In this document: in pieces, positions 27,495 to 36,175 of the stretch | Numbering within the stretch: position 1 is the first letter of the stretch | How the letters are laid out: every line of letters starts with the position of its first letter | Origin: Candidatus Woesearchaeota archaeon | GTDB taxonomy: Archaea; Nanobdellota; Nanobdellia; Woesearchaeales; JACPBV01 | DNA: 64,000 nt | Direction of reading: 5' to 3' | NCBI GenBank assembly: GCA_016180135.1 | Contig: JACPBV010000009.1 | Location: forward strand, 19,248 to 83,247 | The notes under the pieces: model-generated | What the model was told of the DNA's origin: nothing | The model's input: only the letters and a program-made list of their open reading frames with translations | Database searches by the model: none | Translations under genes and position numbers: made by a program

Positions 27495-27819
27495 GAAATG
27501 ACCTAAACCGCTAATTTTGCACATTTGTGATTTGAAAGGGGCACAAATTGAATCGGCATATAAAGAAACAATCCATCCCCCATGGTGTATTCAGATGATT
27601 TCTCTTTCGTTGAAAATGCCCTACTCACCACTTCAAAGGGAGCAGTCCCCGACAAATCGGTACTTTGGAAAGATTGTTTACGAATCCAACAACATCGGCG
27701 AGGCGAGGGCAGGGGTTGTTGCCGACCAAAGGGAGCGCAACTAGAAAAAAGCGTTAGCTTTTTGCGTGCTGCTAACCCGGGCGAAGCGAGATTTTGAACA
27801 GAGCCACCAAAAGATAAAC

Positions 27820-27827
27820 TTTAAATA
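27820..27827 (+). promoter_or_regulatory. TATA-box candidate for the giant surface-protein gene
   Basis: TTTAAATA is centred ~40 nt upstream of ATG 27864. GGTGTGGGG lies between it and the ATG. Confidence 0.35.
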
Positions 27828-27863
27828 CTTCACCTTTCAAGATTAAAAAAAGATGGTGTGGGG

Positions 27864-30800
27864 ATGAAAAAAGGGGCAATCCTCTTTGTCATTGCGCTTC
27901 TTGGTGCAGGCGCAATCTTGTTCTTTTCGAGTTTGAGCTACGCTGCATCATGCTGGACTTATGCTTCCAATACGACTTGCACAGTTGAAAATGGCTGCGC
28001 ATGGAAATCAGATGCTTGGGGAAGCTGGTGCCAGGAGCTTTCCTGCTGGAGCCTGGAAAACCAGACAGCCTGCACAGGAACAGTTGTCCCGGGAAAGAAT
28101 TGCACATGGACCCCTGGCCACGAATCTTTTTTTTGCACCGAAACAGACTGCTGGAATGGTTTTTCCGGAACGTCTGCCTCCGGATGTGAAAATAACACCC
28201 AAAACTTCAGCTGCAAATGGGCATCTTCCTGTTATAGCATAGGAGGCACCGGGTGTTACAATAAACTTACTCAGGAAGGTTGCACGAATGCGACAGGATG
28301 TGCATGGGGCCAATGCATGCAGAAGAATTGTTATGAATATTCAGATCAGAGCACCTGCAGGGCATCCAAAGGATTTAACAGCCTTAACTGCACTTGGGAC
28401 AGCTCAAATAATTACTGCCGTGAAACAAGCTGCTGGGACTCAAAGATTTACCCCAACCAATCAACCTGCGACGGCGCCGAGAATGGGCTTTGCCTCTGGA
28501 AGTGGGGTTCATGCCAGCAGAAAGCCTGCTACGGCTATGATTTTACCAATGCTTCTGCCTGTGAAAATAACACTGCCGGCCTAAAATGCCTTTGGTCCTC
28601 AGGCTCGTTTTGTGACACTGACACCTGCTGGAAATCAACGACGAATGCAACCTGCGCTGCCAAGCCTAAATGCCTATGGAAGGGCTACAAGAGTTCCGGC
28701 TGGTGTGAGGAAGTGAACTGCTGGAATTGGGACGAGGCCGATGGCTATAATGAAAGCGCTTGCGTGGAAAATCCGTATGGTATCAGCTGTGTGTGGAGCG
28801 GTAATGGGACGGGGACAGGCACCTGCAGCAAGAATATTGCCCAGGTAAAATGCTCCAACATAACGACAGAAAGGTCCTGCATGGACACTTATTATTGCTG
28901 GTGGGAATATTCAAGCTTCAACAACCTGAGCGCAGGTGGCCTCTGTAAGGAGCCTTCATGGGGAAACGGCTCTTTTTCCAGCGGAAGTATCATCAATGAC
29001 TGGAATCCCGGATGCTACATCTTTGACTTTAATGAATCCAACTGCAACAAGACGCTGGGATGCAATTTCACCGGCAGCGTTTGTGACGAGGCCATAAACA
29101 CTTATGGAAGCAACATCTCTGCCGATGGCATCGATTGCTCTTTTATCAACAGCTCGGACTTATGCTCAAGCATTGCTGTGTTGTCCTCTTGCTGCACATG
29201 GAATAATGGGACGTGCCAGAAAGAGACTTATGGCTCCTCATGCTACAATCAGCTGTCCCAGACCCCTGGCGGTGAAAAGTCCTGTGAAGATGCAGAGGCT
29301 AAGGGAAATTGTGAAAAAATTGCCGGCTCTCCGTGGTATATGCCCTGCAAATGGGAGAACTCTTCCCAAAAATGCACCCTGAAATCTGATCAGGTTTTTG
29401 GGAACACATCATCAAAAAGCCTCGTTACCATCGAAAACCAAAAGACCTGTGAGTATGCTGGCGGCAAGTGGGTGACTGAAAATTATTGCGAGGGCAACAT
29501 TTCTGTCCCGACAGGAAGGTGCGAGTACAAGTTTGACGATGAGGAAAATTGCGACAAGGCTTGCTTTGCCTGCGAAAAAAGAGACAGCGATGGCAACACC
29601 ATCAACAGCAGCAACGCAAAAACGGCATGTGAAGCCAGCAATCTGGGCTTCTGTGAATTTACGGGAAGCGCCAATGCTCCTAACACCATTGGTTTCTGCA
29701 AGGCAAAGGAAGAATGGAAGAAAGGGCTTGCAGGGGATTGTGATGCGAATTGCGCTGACTGCACCTTCAAGGGGAATTCTGCCTCGAATGACACGACCAA
29801 GATCCCCAGCCATTATTGCCTGAACAGCAAGGCTAATTCCGCTGGCGGCGGCTGCAAATGGATTGCAGACAACACGACAGGGACCGGAGGCTATTGCATG
29901 AACAAAGGTGAAAAGACCTGTGAGGACGCCTGTGACCGCTGCAAGGCCCAGACGGATTGCGCTAATCTGGGAAGGACGAGTGTGGCTAATCAGACAGGAA
30001 GCTGCAAGTGGGAGGGGACAGAGACTGAGGGCTCTTGTGCCGCAAATATCGGCGAAGATGTGGAGACTTGCTGGGATGGAGTCGATAATGATAATGATGA
30101 GCTGGTTGACTGCGCAGATCCTGCCTGTTTTGCTGATTCTTTCTGCGGTCTTGTGGATGGGGACTGCTTTGGATGGACTGATAACACAAGCTGCAAGACG
30201 AATGGCTGTGAATGGATCAGTGATAAATGGGGAAGCTGGTGCGACTTCAAGGGCAGCAATTGCTGGAAATATGACACAAACAGCTCATTGTGCCAGGATC
30301 AGTCATCGTGCATCTGGAATAATGGTACTGGAAATTCCTATTGCGAGCGTGACTGGAGTATCGCTGAGCAATGCACAGCCCTGAATGAAACTCCATGCCT
30401 GGCAAACTCGGTATGCTCCTGGACGAATGATACTTGGTGTGAGAGCAGCGGAAAAGGCACGAGCTGGTGCGCTTCATCAGGAGGCTGGTGTGACCATAAT
30501 GATTTCAAGCCAAAGAACTGTTGGCAGTATGCCAACAAGGGAAACTGCTCTTCGCAGGCAGGCTGCTCCTGGAAGAGAAATGCTTATTCAAATCCTTACT
30601 GCTCTGTTGATTGGAGCGGCAATTGCTGGAATAATTATAATAATGCCTCATGCAGCAGCGCAGGATGCGCATGGAGGAACGAAACTATTGGCGGAACCTC
30701 AAACAGGTCAGCGTGGTGCGAGAACAATATGAGCATCTGCTGGTGGAAATCGTCAAGAGGGGACTGTGAGGGTATATCTGGTGGGAAATGCAGTTGGAGC

Positions 30801-33800
30801 ACCCAGAGTTGGGGAAGTTATTGTGATGCAGGATGTTATGCGGTCAATGTTACGGGAAACCAGACAAACTGCCAGGGCATTTCAGGCTGTTCGTGGATAG
30901 ATGAAAGCGGATGGTGCGAGGAGCAGCAGTCCACAACCTGTTATAATTCTTCAAATGCAAATAACCAGGCTAATTGTTCAGCCGCTTCCGGCTGCAGGTG
31001 GAAAAATTCAGGGTGGTGCTCCCCAAGAGAAGGCTTCAGCCCGGGAGCAGTTTCATCAGCAGGAGGCATTGGAACTTCCTTTGGCTCGGAATGTTATAAC
31101 AACAAAAACAAGTCTGCCTGTAAAAATAACACCCAGAATATCAGCTGCGGCTGGTTTGCGGAAACAAATCCATTCTGTGATGTTGATTGGGGAAAGAACT
31201 GCTGGAACCAAAGCTCTCAGGCCAACTGCGTAGGCAGTGGCTGCTGGTGGAGCAACAATTCCTACGGCTCAAGCTGCATGACCCTTTATGACCAGTGTTA
31301 TATGAACATGACCCTTCAGAACAATCTTACTTTATGCAGGCAGAACCAGTATTGCAAGAACTCAAGCTGGAGCACCTGTGAGCCCGTCTGTTCAGCAAAC
31401 GCTACTGAATCTTCATGCAATGGGCAGTCAGGCTGCAAATGGGTAGCCGGATGGTGCAATCCCGGAAGCATGAATGACATCTTTGACAAGATTGAAGGGG
31501 GTGCTCCCGTTGTTATCGGGTATGACCTCTGCGTCAATGACACTCCTCAGGCGAGCGTCGATATCTGCGGCTTTGGCATGAAAGACATGGAAGATTCTTT
31601 CGGCTTTGGCGTGGATGTAAAGGACTTCAGCAATGCTTCAGTCTGCAACAAGGAGAAAATCCTGACAGAAGGCTCTGAAATATTTGGCGCAGGTAATGAG
31701 AGTGTTGAATTGTTTGTCTATCTGGATACGGACGGCTCTTCGGCCGGCGGCTGTGCATTAAGCGATAATATCACTGCTGAGGGCTATGAGTTCCGCTTCA
31801 GGTATTCAAGCGCCTGGAGCACCAACAAGAGCAAGGCAGTTGAGACCTTTAACGCCTACCAGTGCGACAGCTCAAAATGGGCGAGCACCGATATCAAGAT
31901 CAGCGCATGGAAAAAATTGATGTGCTCGGATATTGGCGGGGCGATGGTAGCCATCAAGAAGGGCGATTTGGCAAAATATCCGACATTGTATAACTCTAAG
32001 AAAGACATGAGAATCTATGTTTCAACGGTTGGGAACACCGGGAATGCCTCCAGCCCGAGCGATACTGCCGGCCCCGGTTATATCAGCCCTGGCTCCGTTG
32101 ATTTTGAGATAACCGACGTCTTTTCTTATGGGGCCGATGTGGCTAAATTTGAGGATATCCTTAAGAAAGGCTATGTCCAGTATGAGGATTGCTTTAACGG
32201 CATTGATGATGACACGGATAACTCGACAGACTGCTTTGATTGGGACTGCCAATACTCATCCAAGTGCACCGGTTCCGGAATCAATGGCGCAGGCTTCAAT
32301 GACACCAGCTCTCCGTTGGTGACTGGGGTGAAGATTGAGGAGTATCCTGACAGTGCTTTGGTGATGTATGATACCAACAAGCCGACGAATGGCTCTTTGA
32401 AATTCTACGCTAATGACAGCAAGTGCACAACCCTGAACGCCACGGTCAGGGACATCGGCATTACAAGCGCCTCGATGCGGGATTACAAGCTTTGGCATAC
32501 TGCAGACATCTATAATGATACCCTCGGCTATGCATTGGCAAACGAGACAAAATATTATTTCAAGCTGGAAGTCTGTGACTCCGGAGGCAAGTGCGCCCTG
32601 AGCAAATGCTCTTCACTGAAGACTGCCAAGAAGGGGAAGTGCGGGTTCTGCAGTTTTGTGGCAAGGATAAAATCCCCCGAAGGCTGGTCTGTGGGCTTTG
32701 ATGCTGACAGGGACGGAACCTATGAGCACATACAGGGCACAGTCTGCGGTCCGAAGGCAGGCATGAAGATGAACTACACCTTGGGGAGAAAGGTCAATAT
32801 CAAGATTAACAATTCAGATGGCTCAATTTATTTTGAATTTATTAATGCCTCGCTGACAAAGACCGGCTTGAATGACAAGGTGAGGAGCATCAGCGATTCC
32901 GGCGACATTATCGGGACGAGCGCGATAGCCGGCTTTACCTCTGAGACAAGGGACAAGCTCATCAACAACCTCCATCCTGAAACCTGCCGTGTCAAGATTC
33001 CTTTTTCAGGAACCTGTGATGCTATCTTCCACTGTGATGACAGCGGTGCAAATTGTGTGAACCGCACCAATGTTTCCACCTTGATCAATGCGACAACCTG
33101 CGCATGGGAAATTCCTTTCTGTGAGTTCTCAACTTATAGGGAGGCTGCTGCAGCAGGCGGAAGCAGCAGTAGCAGCAGTTCAAGTGGCGGTGGCGGTGGA
33201 GGCGGTGGTGGAGGCGGAGGTGGCGGTGGCGGTGCCGCGGTTGGCTCAAAGGGAAAGTCCGAAACGGTCAACTCAGGAAAATTCAATGCAGGCGAGACTA
33301 AGGTTGTAGATATTGTGTCCTCGCAAATAGCAGTGGATGAGATTGAACTGACACTAAAAAACACAATCACTGCCTCGACGGTTACGGTTATAGATGCTTT
33401 GGAGGATAACCTCGATTCAACTTCCCCTCTTTCACCTGGCGATGGGAAGGCAGTTTACCATTACCTGAAGATTACCCTGGGAAAGATCTCAAACGCCGCT
33501 CTTGCCAAAGCCATCGTCAGGTTTAAGGTTCCAAGAGTGGAGTTTTTTGACCCGTCAAGCGTCGTGCTCAAAAGATACGGCAGTTCTGAAAAGTCCTGGA
33601 CAACCCTTCCGACGGCATTCGTCAGAGAAGATGCTTTGTTTCAGTATTATTCCGCCGAGACCCCTGGGTTCTCAGTCTTTGCGATTGTGGGTAGCAAAGT
33701 CCCCGTTGAACAGAGGGCAGCTTCCGGGGCCGCTGAAGATGCAATCCAGCCTCAGGCTGAGGACCTGCAGCCTGCTGCGCCGGAAAATGCTTCCGCCCCT

Positions 33801-33929
33801 GACGATCCTTCCGAAATTCAGGAAACAAGCGCTGGGAACCCTCTGGGAAAGTTATATGTGCTGATTCTTGTGTTATTATCTCTTATCATAATCTCAGCCG
33901 TTATCAAAAAGAAAAAACTGCAGAAATAA
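27864..33929 (+). CDS. Giant secreted, C-terminally membrane-anchored cysteine-rich surface protein (~2021 aa) with a PGF-pre-PGF-like domain
   Basis: Signal peptide MKKGAILFVIALLGAGAILFFSSLSYAAS. There are dozens of C-x(4-10)-C-x-W-x(2-9)-C-x4-C-[WY] modules up to about aa 1230, and many N-x-[ST] sequons. A Ser8/Gly16 hinge is followed by a domain ending ...YYSAETPGFSVFAIVG. The C-terminus is a TM helix plus KKKKLQK. Confidence 0.9.
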   Translation: MKKGAILFVIALLGAGAILFFSSLSYAASCWTYASNTTCTVENGCAWKSDAWGSWCQELSCWSLENQTACTGTVVPGKNCTWTPGHESFFCTETDCWNGFSGTSASGCENNTQNFSCKWASSCYSIGGTGCYNKLTQEGCTNATGCAWGQCMQKNCYEYSDQSTCRASKGFNSLNCTWDSSNNYCRETSCWDSKIYPNQSTCDGAENGLCLWKWGSCQQKACYGYDFTNASACENNTAGLKCLWSSGSFCDTDTCWKSTTNATCAAKPKCLWKGYKSSGWCEEVNCWNWDEADGYNESACVENPYGISCVWSGNGTGTGTCSKNIAQVKCSNITTERSCMDTYYCWWEYSSFNNLSAGGLCKEPSWGNGSFSSGSIINDWNPGCYIFDFNESNCNKTLGCNFTGSVCDEAINTYGSNISADGIDCSFINSSDLCSSIAVLSSCCTWNNGTCQKETYGSSCYNQLSQTPGGEKSCEDAEAKGNCEKIAGSPWYMPCKWENSSQKCTLKSDQVFGNTSSKSLVTIENQKTCEYAGGKWVTENYCEGNISVPTGRCEYKFDDEENCDKACFACEKRDSDGNTINSSNAKTACEASNLGFCEFTGSANAPNTIGFCKAKEEWKKGLAGDCDANCADCTFKGNSASNDTTKIPSHYCLNSKANSAGGGCKWIADNTTGTGGYCMNKGEKTCEDACDRCKAQTDCANLGRTSVANQTGSCKWEGTETEGSCAANIGEDVETCWDGVDNDNDELVDCADPACFADSFCGLVDGDCFGWTDNTSCKTNGCEWISDKWGSWCDFKGSNCWKYDTNSSLCQDQSSCIWNNGTGNSYCERDWSIAEQCTALNETPCLANSVCSWTNDTWCESSGKGTSWCASSGGWCDHNDFKPKNCWQYANKGNCSSQAGCSWKRNAYSNPYCSVDWSGNCWNNYNNASCSSAGCAWRNETIGGTSNRSAWCENNMSICWWKSSRGDCEGISGGKCSWSTQSWGSYCDAGCYAVNVTGNQTNCQGISGCSWIDESGWCEEQQSTTCYNSSNANNQANCSAASGCRWKNSGWCSPREGFSPGAVSSAGGIGTSFGSECYNNKNKSACKNNTQNISCGWFAETNPFCDVDWGKNCWNQSSQANCVGSGCWWSNNSYGSSCMTLYDQCYMNMTLQNNLTLCRQNQYCKNSSWSTCEPVCSANATESSCNGQSGCKWVAGWCNPGSMNDIFDKIEGGAPVVIGYDLCVNDTPQASVDICGFGMKDMEDSFGFGVDVKDFSNASVCNKEKILTEGSEIFGAGNESVELFVYLDTDGSSAGGCALSDNITAEGYEFRFRYSSAWSTNKSKAVETFNAYQCDSSKWASTDIKISAWKKLMCSDIGGAMVAIKKGDLAKYPTLYNSKKDMRIYVSTVGNTGNASSPSDTAGPGYISPGSVDFEITDVFSYGADVAKFEDILKKGYVQYEDCFNGIDDDTDNSTDCFDWDCQYSSKCTGSGINGAGFNDTSSPLVTGVKIEEYPDSALVMYDTNKPTNGSLKFYANDSKCTTLNATVRDIGITSASMRDYKLWHTADIYNDTLGYALANETKYYFKLEVCDSGGKCALSKCSSLKTAKKGKCGFCSFVARIKSPEGWSVGFDADRDGTYEHIQGTVCGPKAGMKMNYTLGRKVNIKINNSDGSIYFEFINASLTKTGLNDKVRSISDSGDIIGTSAIAGFTSETRDKLINNLHPETCRVKIPFSGTCDAIFHCDDSGANCVNRTNVSTLINATTCAWEIPFCEFSTYREAAAAGGSSSSSSSSGGGGGGGGGGGGGGGGAAVGSKGKSETVNSGKFNAGETKVVDIVSSQIAVDEIELTLKNTITASTVTVIDALEDNLDSTSPLSPGDGKAVYHYLKITLGKISNAALAKAIVRFKVPRVEFFDPSSVVLKRYGSSEKSWTTLPTAFVREDALFQYYSAETPGFSVFAIVGSKVPVEQRAASGAAEDAIQPQAEDLQPAAPENASAPDDPSEIQETSAGNPLGKLYVLILVLLSLIIISAVIKKKKLQK

Positions 33930-33957
33930 ACTGCCGGAATAACATATCTGAAAAAAG

Positions 33958-34010
33958 ATTCTAAAGAAAAATACTAAAGAAAATTACTAAAGAAAGATAC
34001 TAAGGGAAAC
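33958..34010. repeat. 13-bp tandem repeat x4 (ATACTAAAGAAAA-like)
   Basis: CTAAAG/CTAAGG recurs at 33961, 33974, 33987 and 34000. Confidence 0.85.
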
Positions 34011-34070
34011 AGTCACTTTTGGGCCATAGCTGACGGCAATCTTTACGCTGCCCCTCTACTCTTTTCTCCC

Positions 34071-34754
34071 TCACTCCCCAAACCTTCTCTCCCTCCGGGA
34101 AAATTCCTCCAAACACCCGAAAAAGTCTTCTTTGGAAAACTCCGGCCACATCGCATCTAAAAACATCAGCTCAGCATAAGCGCTCTGCCAGAGGAGAAAA
34201 TTGCTCAGCCGCTTCTCGCCGCCCGGCCGTATCAGCAGATCGACATCATCGGGAACGCTGAGGGACTGACTAACATCTTCCTCCGCCACAGGATTCGCTG
34301 CCTTTTCCTTAAGGATCCCAAGCGCATCCGCAATCTCCATCCTTGCCCCATACGCCATCGCAAGGTTGAGCTTAAATCCCCCATTTGCTCTTGTCTCCTC
34401 CATAATCCTGAGCATCTCTTTTTGAAGCTCCCTGGGAAACATTGATATTTTTCCGATAACAGAGATTTTAACCCCATGCTCCCTGATGACGGGATCTTTG
34501 CTGAACCCCGATATTTTCTTTTGGAACATCCTGAACAAAAAGTCTATCTCATCCTTACCCCGCTTGAAGTTCTCCGTAGAAAAGCAATACAGCGTCAGCT
34601 CTTTTACTCCGGCTTCGATGCACCACAGCATCGCTTCTTTGATCTTCTCCAGCCCTCGTTCATGCCCCTTTGATGCAGGCAGCCCGTGTGCTTTTGCCCA
34701 CCGCCTGTTCCCGTCAAGGATGATTGCAACGTGCGAAGGTATTTTCCTGCCCAT
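34071..34754 (-). CDS. uppS: Undecaprenyl/tritrans,polycis-prenyl diphosphate synthase (cis-prenyltransferase)
   Basis: HVAIILDGNRRWA, TLYCFSTENFKR, RPGGEKRLSNFLLWQSAYAEL. Start trimmed to MGRKIPSH. Confidence 0.9.
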   Translation of the reverse strand: MGRKIPSHVAIILDGNRRWAKAHGLPASKGHERGLEKIKEAMLWCIEAGVKELTLYCFSTENFKRGKDEIDFLFRMFQKKISGFSKDPVIREHGVKISVIGKISMFPRELQKEMLRIMEETRANGGFKLNLAMAYGARMEIADALGILKEKAANPVAEEDVSQSLSVPDDVDLLIRPGGEKRLSNFLLWQSAYAELMFLDAMWPEFSKEDFFGCLEEFSRRERRFGE

Positions 34755-34887
34755 AGTGATGAAAAACAATCTCGCCTATATATGCTTTCCTGAGATATAT
34801 TGGGGGCCAACAATACTGGAGCATTATGAAGCTTGGCAGAGCCCCGCTCCGAGGGGAGCTTAATAAATACTGAGAACGATTTTTCTA

Positions 34888-35451
34888 TCACGGGAGCATA
34901 AGTTTACTATCCCCATCCCCCGCAGTATCGAGAACAAACTTTTCAGCTAATGCCACAAACATCTCCTGGGTGATATTGATGCCCGCTTTGACAAGCGCTT
35001 TGGCAAACAGCCTCCCCCGTTCTTTTTCATCCCCTCTCCCCCTGAAGTTGATCAGCTCATCAAGAGTCTCCCTGCACAGAAACCCTTCGTTCATCTGCAG
35101 CACAATCCTCTCAGGCTTGCCGTTTTTTGTTGCTGCTAATCCTTCAGGAGTGAACATGATCTCAATATCTCCCTCCCTGTATATTTCATTCCAAACGACA
35201 AATCCATGGTTGAGAAGCTCTCTTTTTACAAGGTCAAGCATTGCAGCCTTAAAATTATCACCTTCGAAAGGGTGTTCAAGGATGACTGGCCTCTCTTTAA
35301 CCTTCTGGAGCTCATATACTCTCCCAAGATAGCTCAAAACTTTCTGCCGGGATCCCTTCGCCCTTTTTTTATAGCAATTTTCCACGAGATAGGCATAAGG
35401 GTAACATTCCCCCTTTTTTGTCTTGATCTTTTTGATTCGGATGTAAGCCAT
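34888..35451 (-). CDS. Hypothetical protein (187 aa)
   Basis: Clean ORF with a basic N-terminus (MAYIRIKKIKTKKGECYPYAYLVENCYKKRAKGSRQKVLSYLGRV). No confident family assignment. Confidence 0.6.
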   Translation of the reverse strand: MAYIRIKKIKTKKGECYPYAYLVENCYKKRAKGSRQKVLSYLGRVYELQKVKERPVILEHPFEGDNFKAAMLDLVKRELLNHGFVVWNEIYREGDIEIMFTPEGLAATKNGKPERIVLQMNEGFLCRETLDELINFRGRGDEKERGRLFAKALVKAGINITQEMFVALAEKFVLDTAGDGDSKLMLP

Positions 35452-35508
35452 AATCCCTCCAATTCAAAAGTGAATCCTGAATTTGGTATTATTGATGTTG
35501 CCCCAATA

Positions 35509-35579
35509 GGTATACCTCAATCGATAAACTCTAATAGATAAACTCTAATCGATAAACTCTAATCGATATAACTTTAATT
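35509..35579. repeat. 14-bp tandem repeat, 3 near-perfect plus 2 degenerate copies (GATAAACTCTAATC)
   Basis: Units start at 35523, 35537, 35551 and 35565, with a degenerate copy at ~35509. They lie 60-130 nt upstream of the start at 35451. Confidence 0.85.
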
Positions 35580-35830
35580 GGATTATGATTTCAATCTATC
35601 TTTTTTCTGTTAGGCACCACACATTTTTATGCTTTTCGATTAAAAAACAGTCATTATAGGGGCTATAACAAAAGAATTTTACAAGGAAAATCGGAAATAG
35701 GAGTATACAAAAACACCTAAAGAGTATACTGAACCCTCAAAAAGAACACCGAACCACCAAAAAAGAACTGAACTCCTAAAAGGAACTGCTGAAACACATA
35801 AAGAGCCTATTGACTTATCTGTTCCTGCCC

Positions 35831-36097
35831 TTACTTAATCTCTTTCTTGACTTCAGAAGCAAATTTCTCATTAGCCTTTTTCAGCCTGGAGCATCCTGAT
35901 ATAATCGCCTTCCGTGGATCATCTGCCTCGACAATCATCCGGGGTTTTCCCACAAGCGGATGTTTCACAAATATAGTGGCAACTTTGACGTCTTTGTCAT
36001 TCCACAATTCATTTTTGAGCGCATGGAGAAATCCGGTATTCTCATCAACCTCAAATATAAGTTTGTCTTTTTTTTCCTCGATAACAGTCATTTCCAT
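35831..36097 (-). CDS. rpoL: DNA-directed RNA polymerase subunit L (Rpo11)
   Basis: 88 aa. KLIFEVDENTGFLHALKNELWNDKDVKVATIFVKHPLVGKPRMIVEA aligns position-by-position with archaeal RpoL (E-x-H-T-L-x-N-x-L...HPL...). Confidence 0.75.
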   Translation of the reverse strand: MEMTVIEEKKDKLIFEVDENTGFLHALKNELWNDKDVKVATIFVKHPLVGKPRMIVEADDPRKAIISGCSRLKKANEKFASEVKKEIK

Positions 36098-36175
36098 GAT
36101 AAACTCCTCGATGCCTGAAGAAAATATGGCTTATTTAAAAAGCTTTCTTAATTCCATTTTTATCAGCCCCCATCC

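Noticed and set aside
7884-27805. Shared 13-mer TTTGAACAGAGCC at 7884-7896 (near the triple-Trx gene) and 27793-27805 (upstream of the giant gene), considered as a common regulatory box
   Set aside because: Dozens of 13-mer coincidences are expected by chance in a window of this size. The orientation relative to the two genes differs, and the flanks do not match.
33134-33370. 78-aa minus-strand ORF with a poly-proline run
   Set aside because: It is antisense to the poly-glycine hinge of the giant protein.
27864-33929. Diversity-generating retroelement targeting the giant surface protein
   Set aside because: There is no reverse transcriptase ORF and no template/variable repeat pair with A-specific mismatches near the gene.
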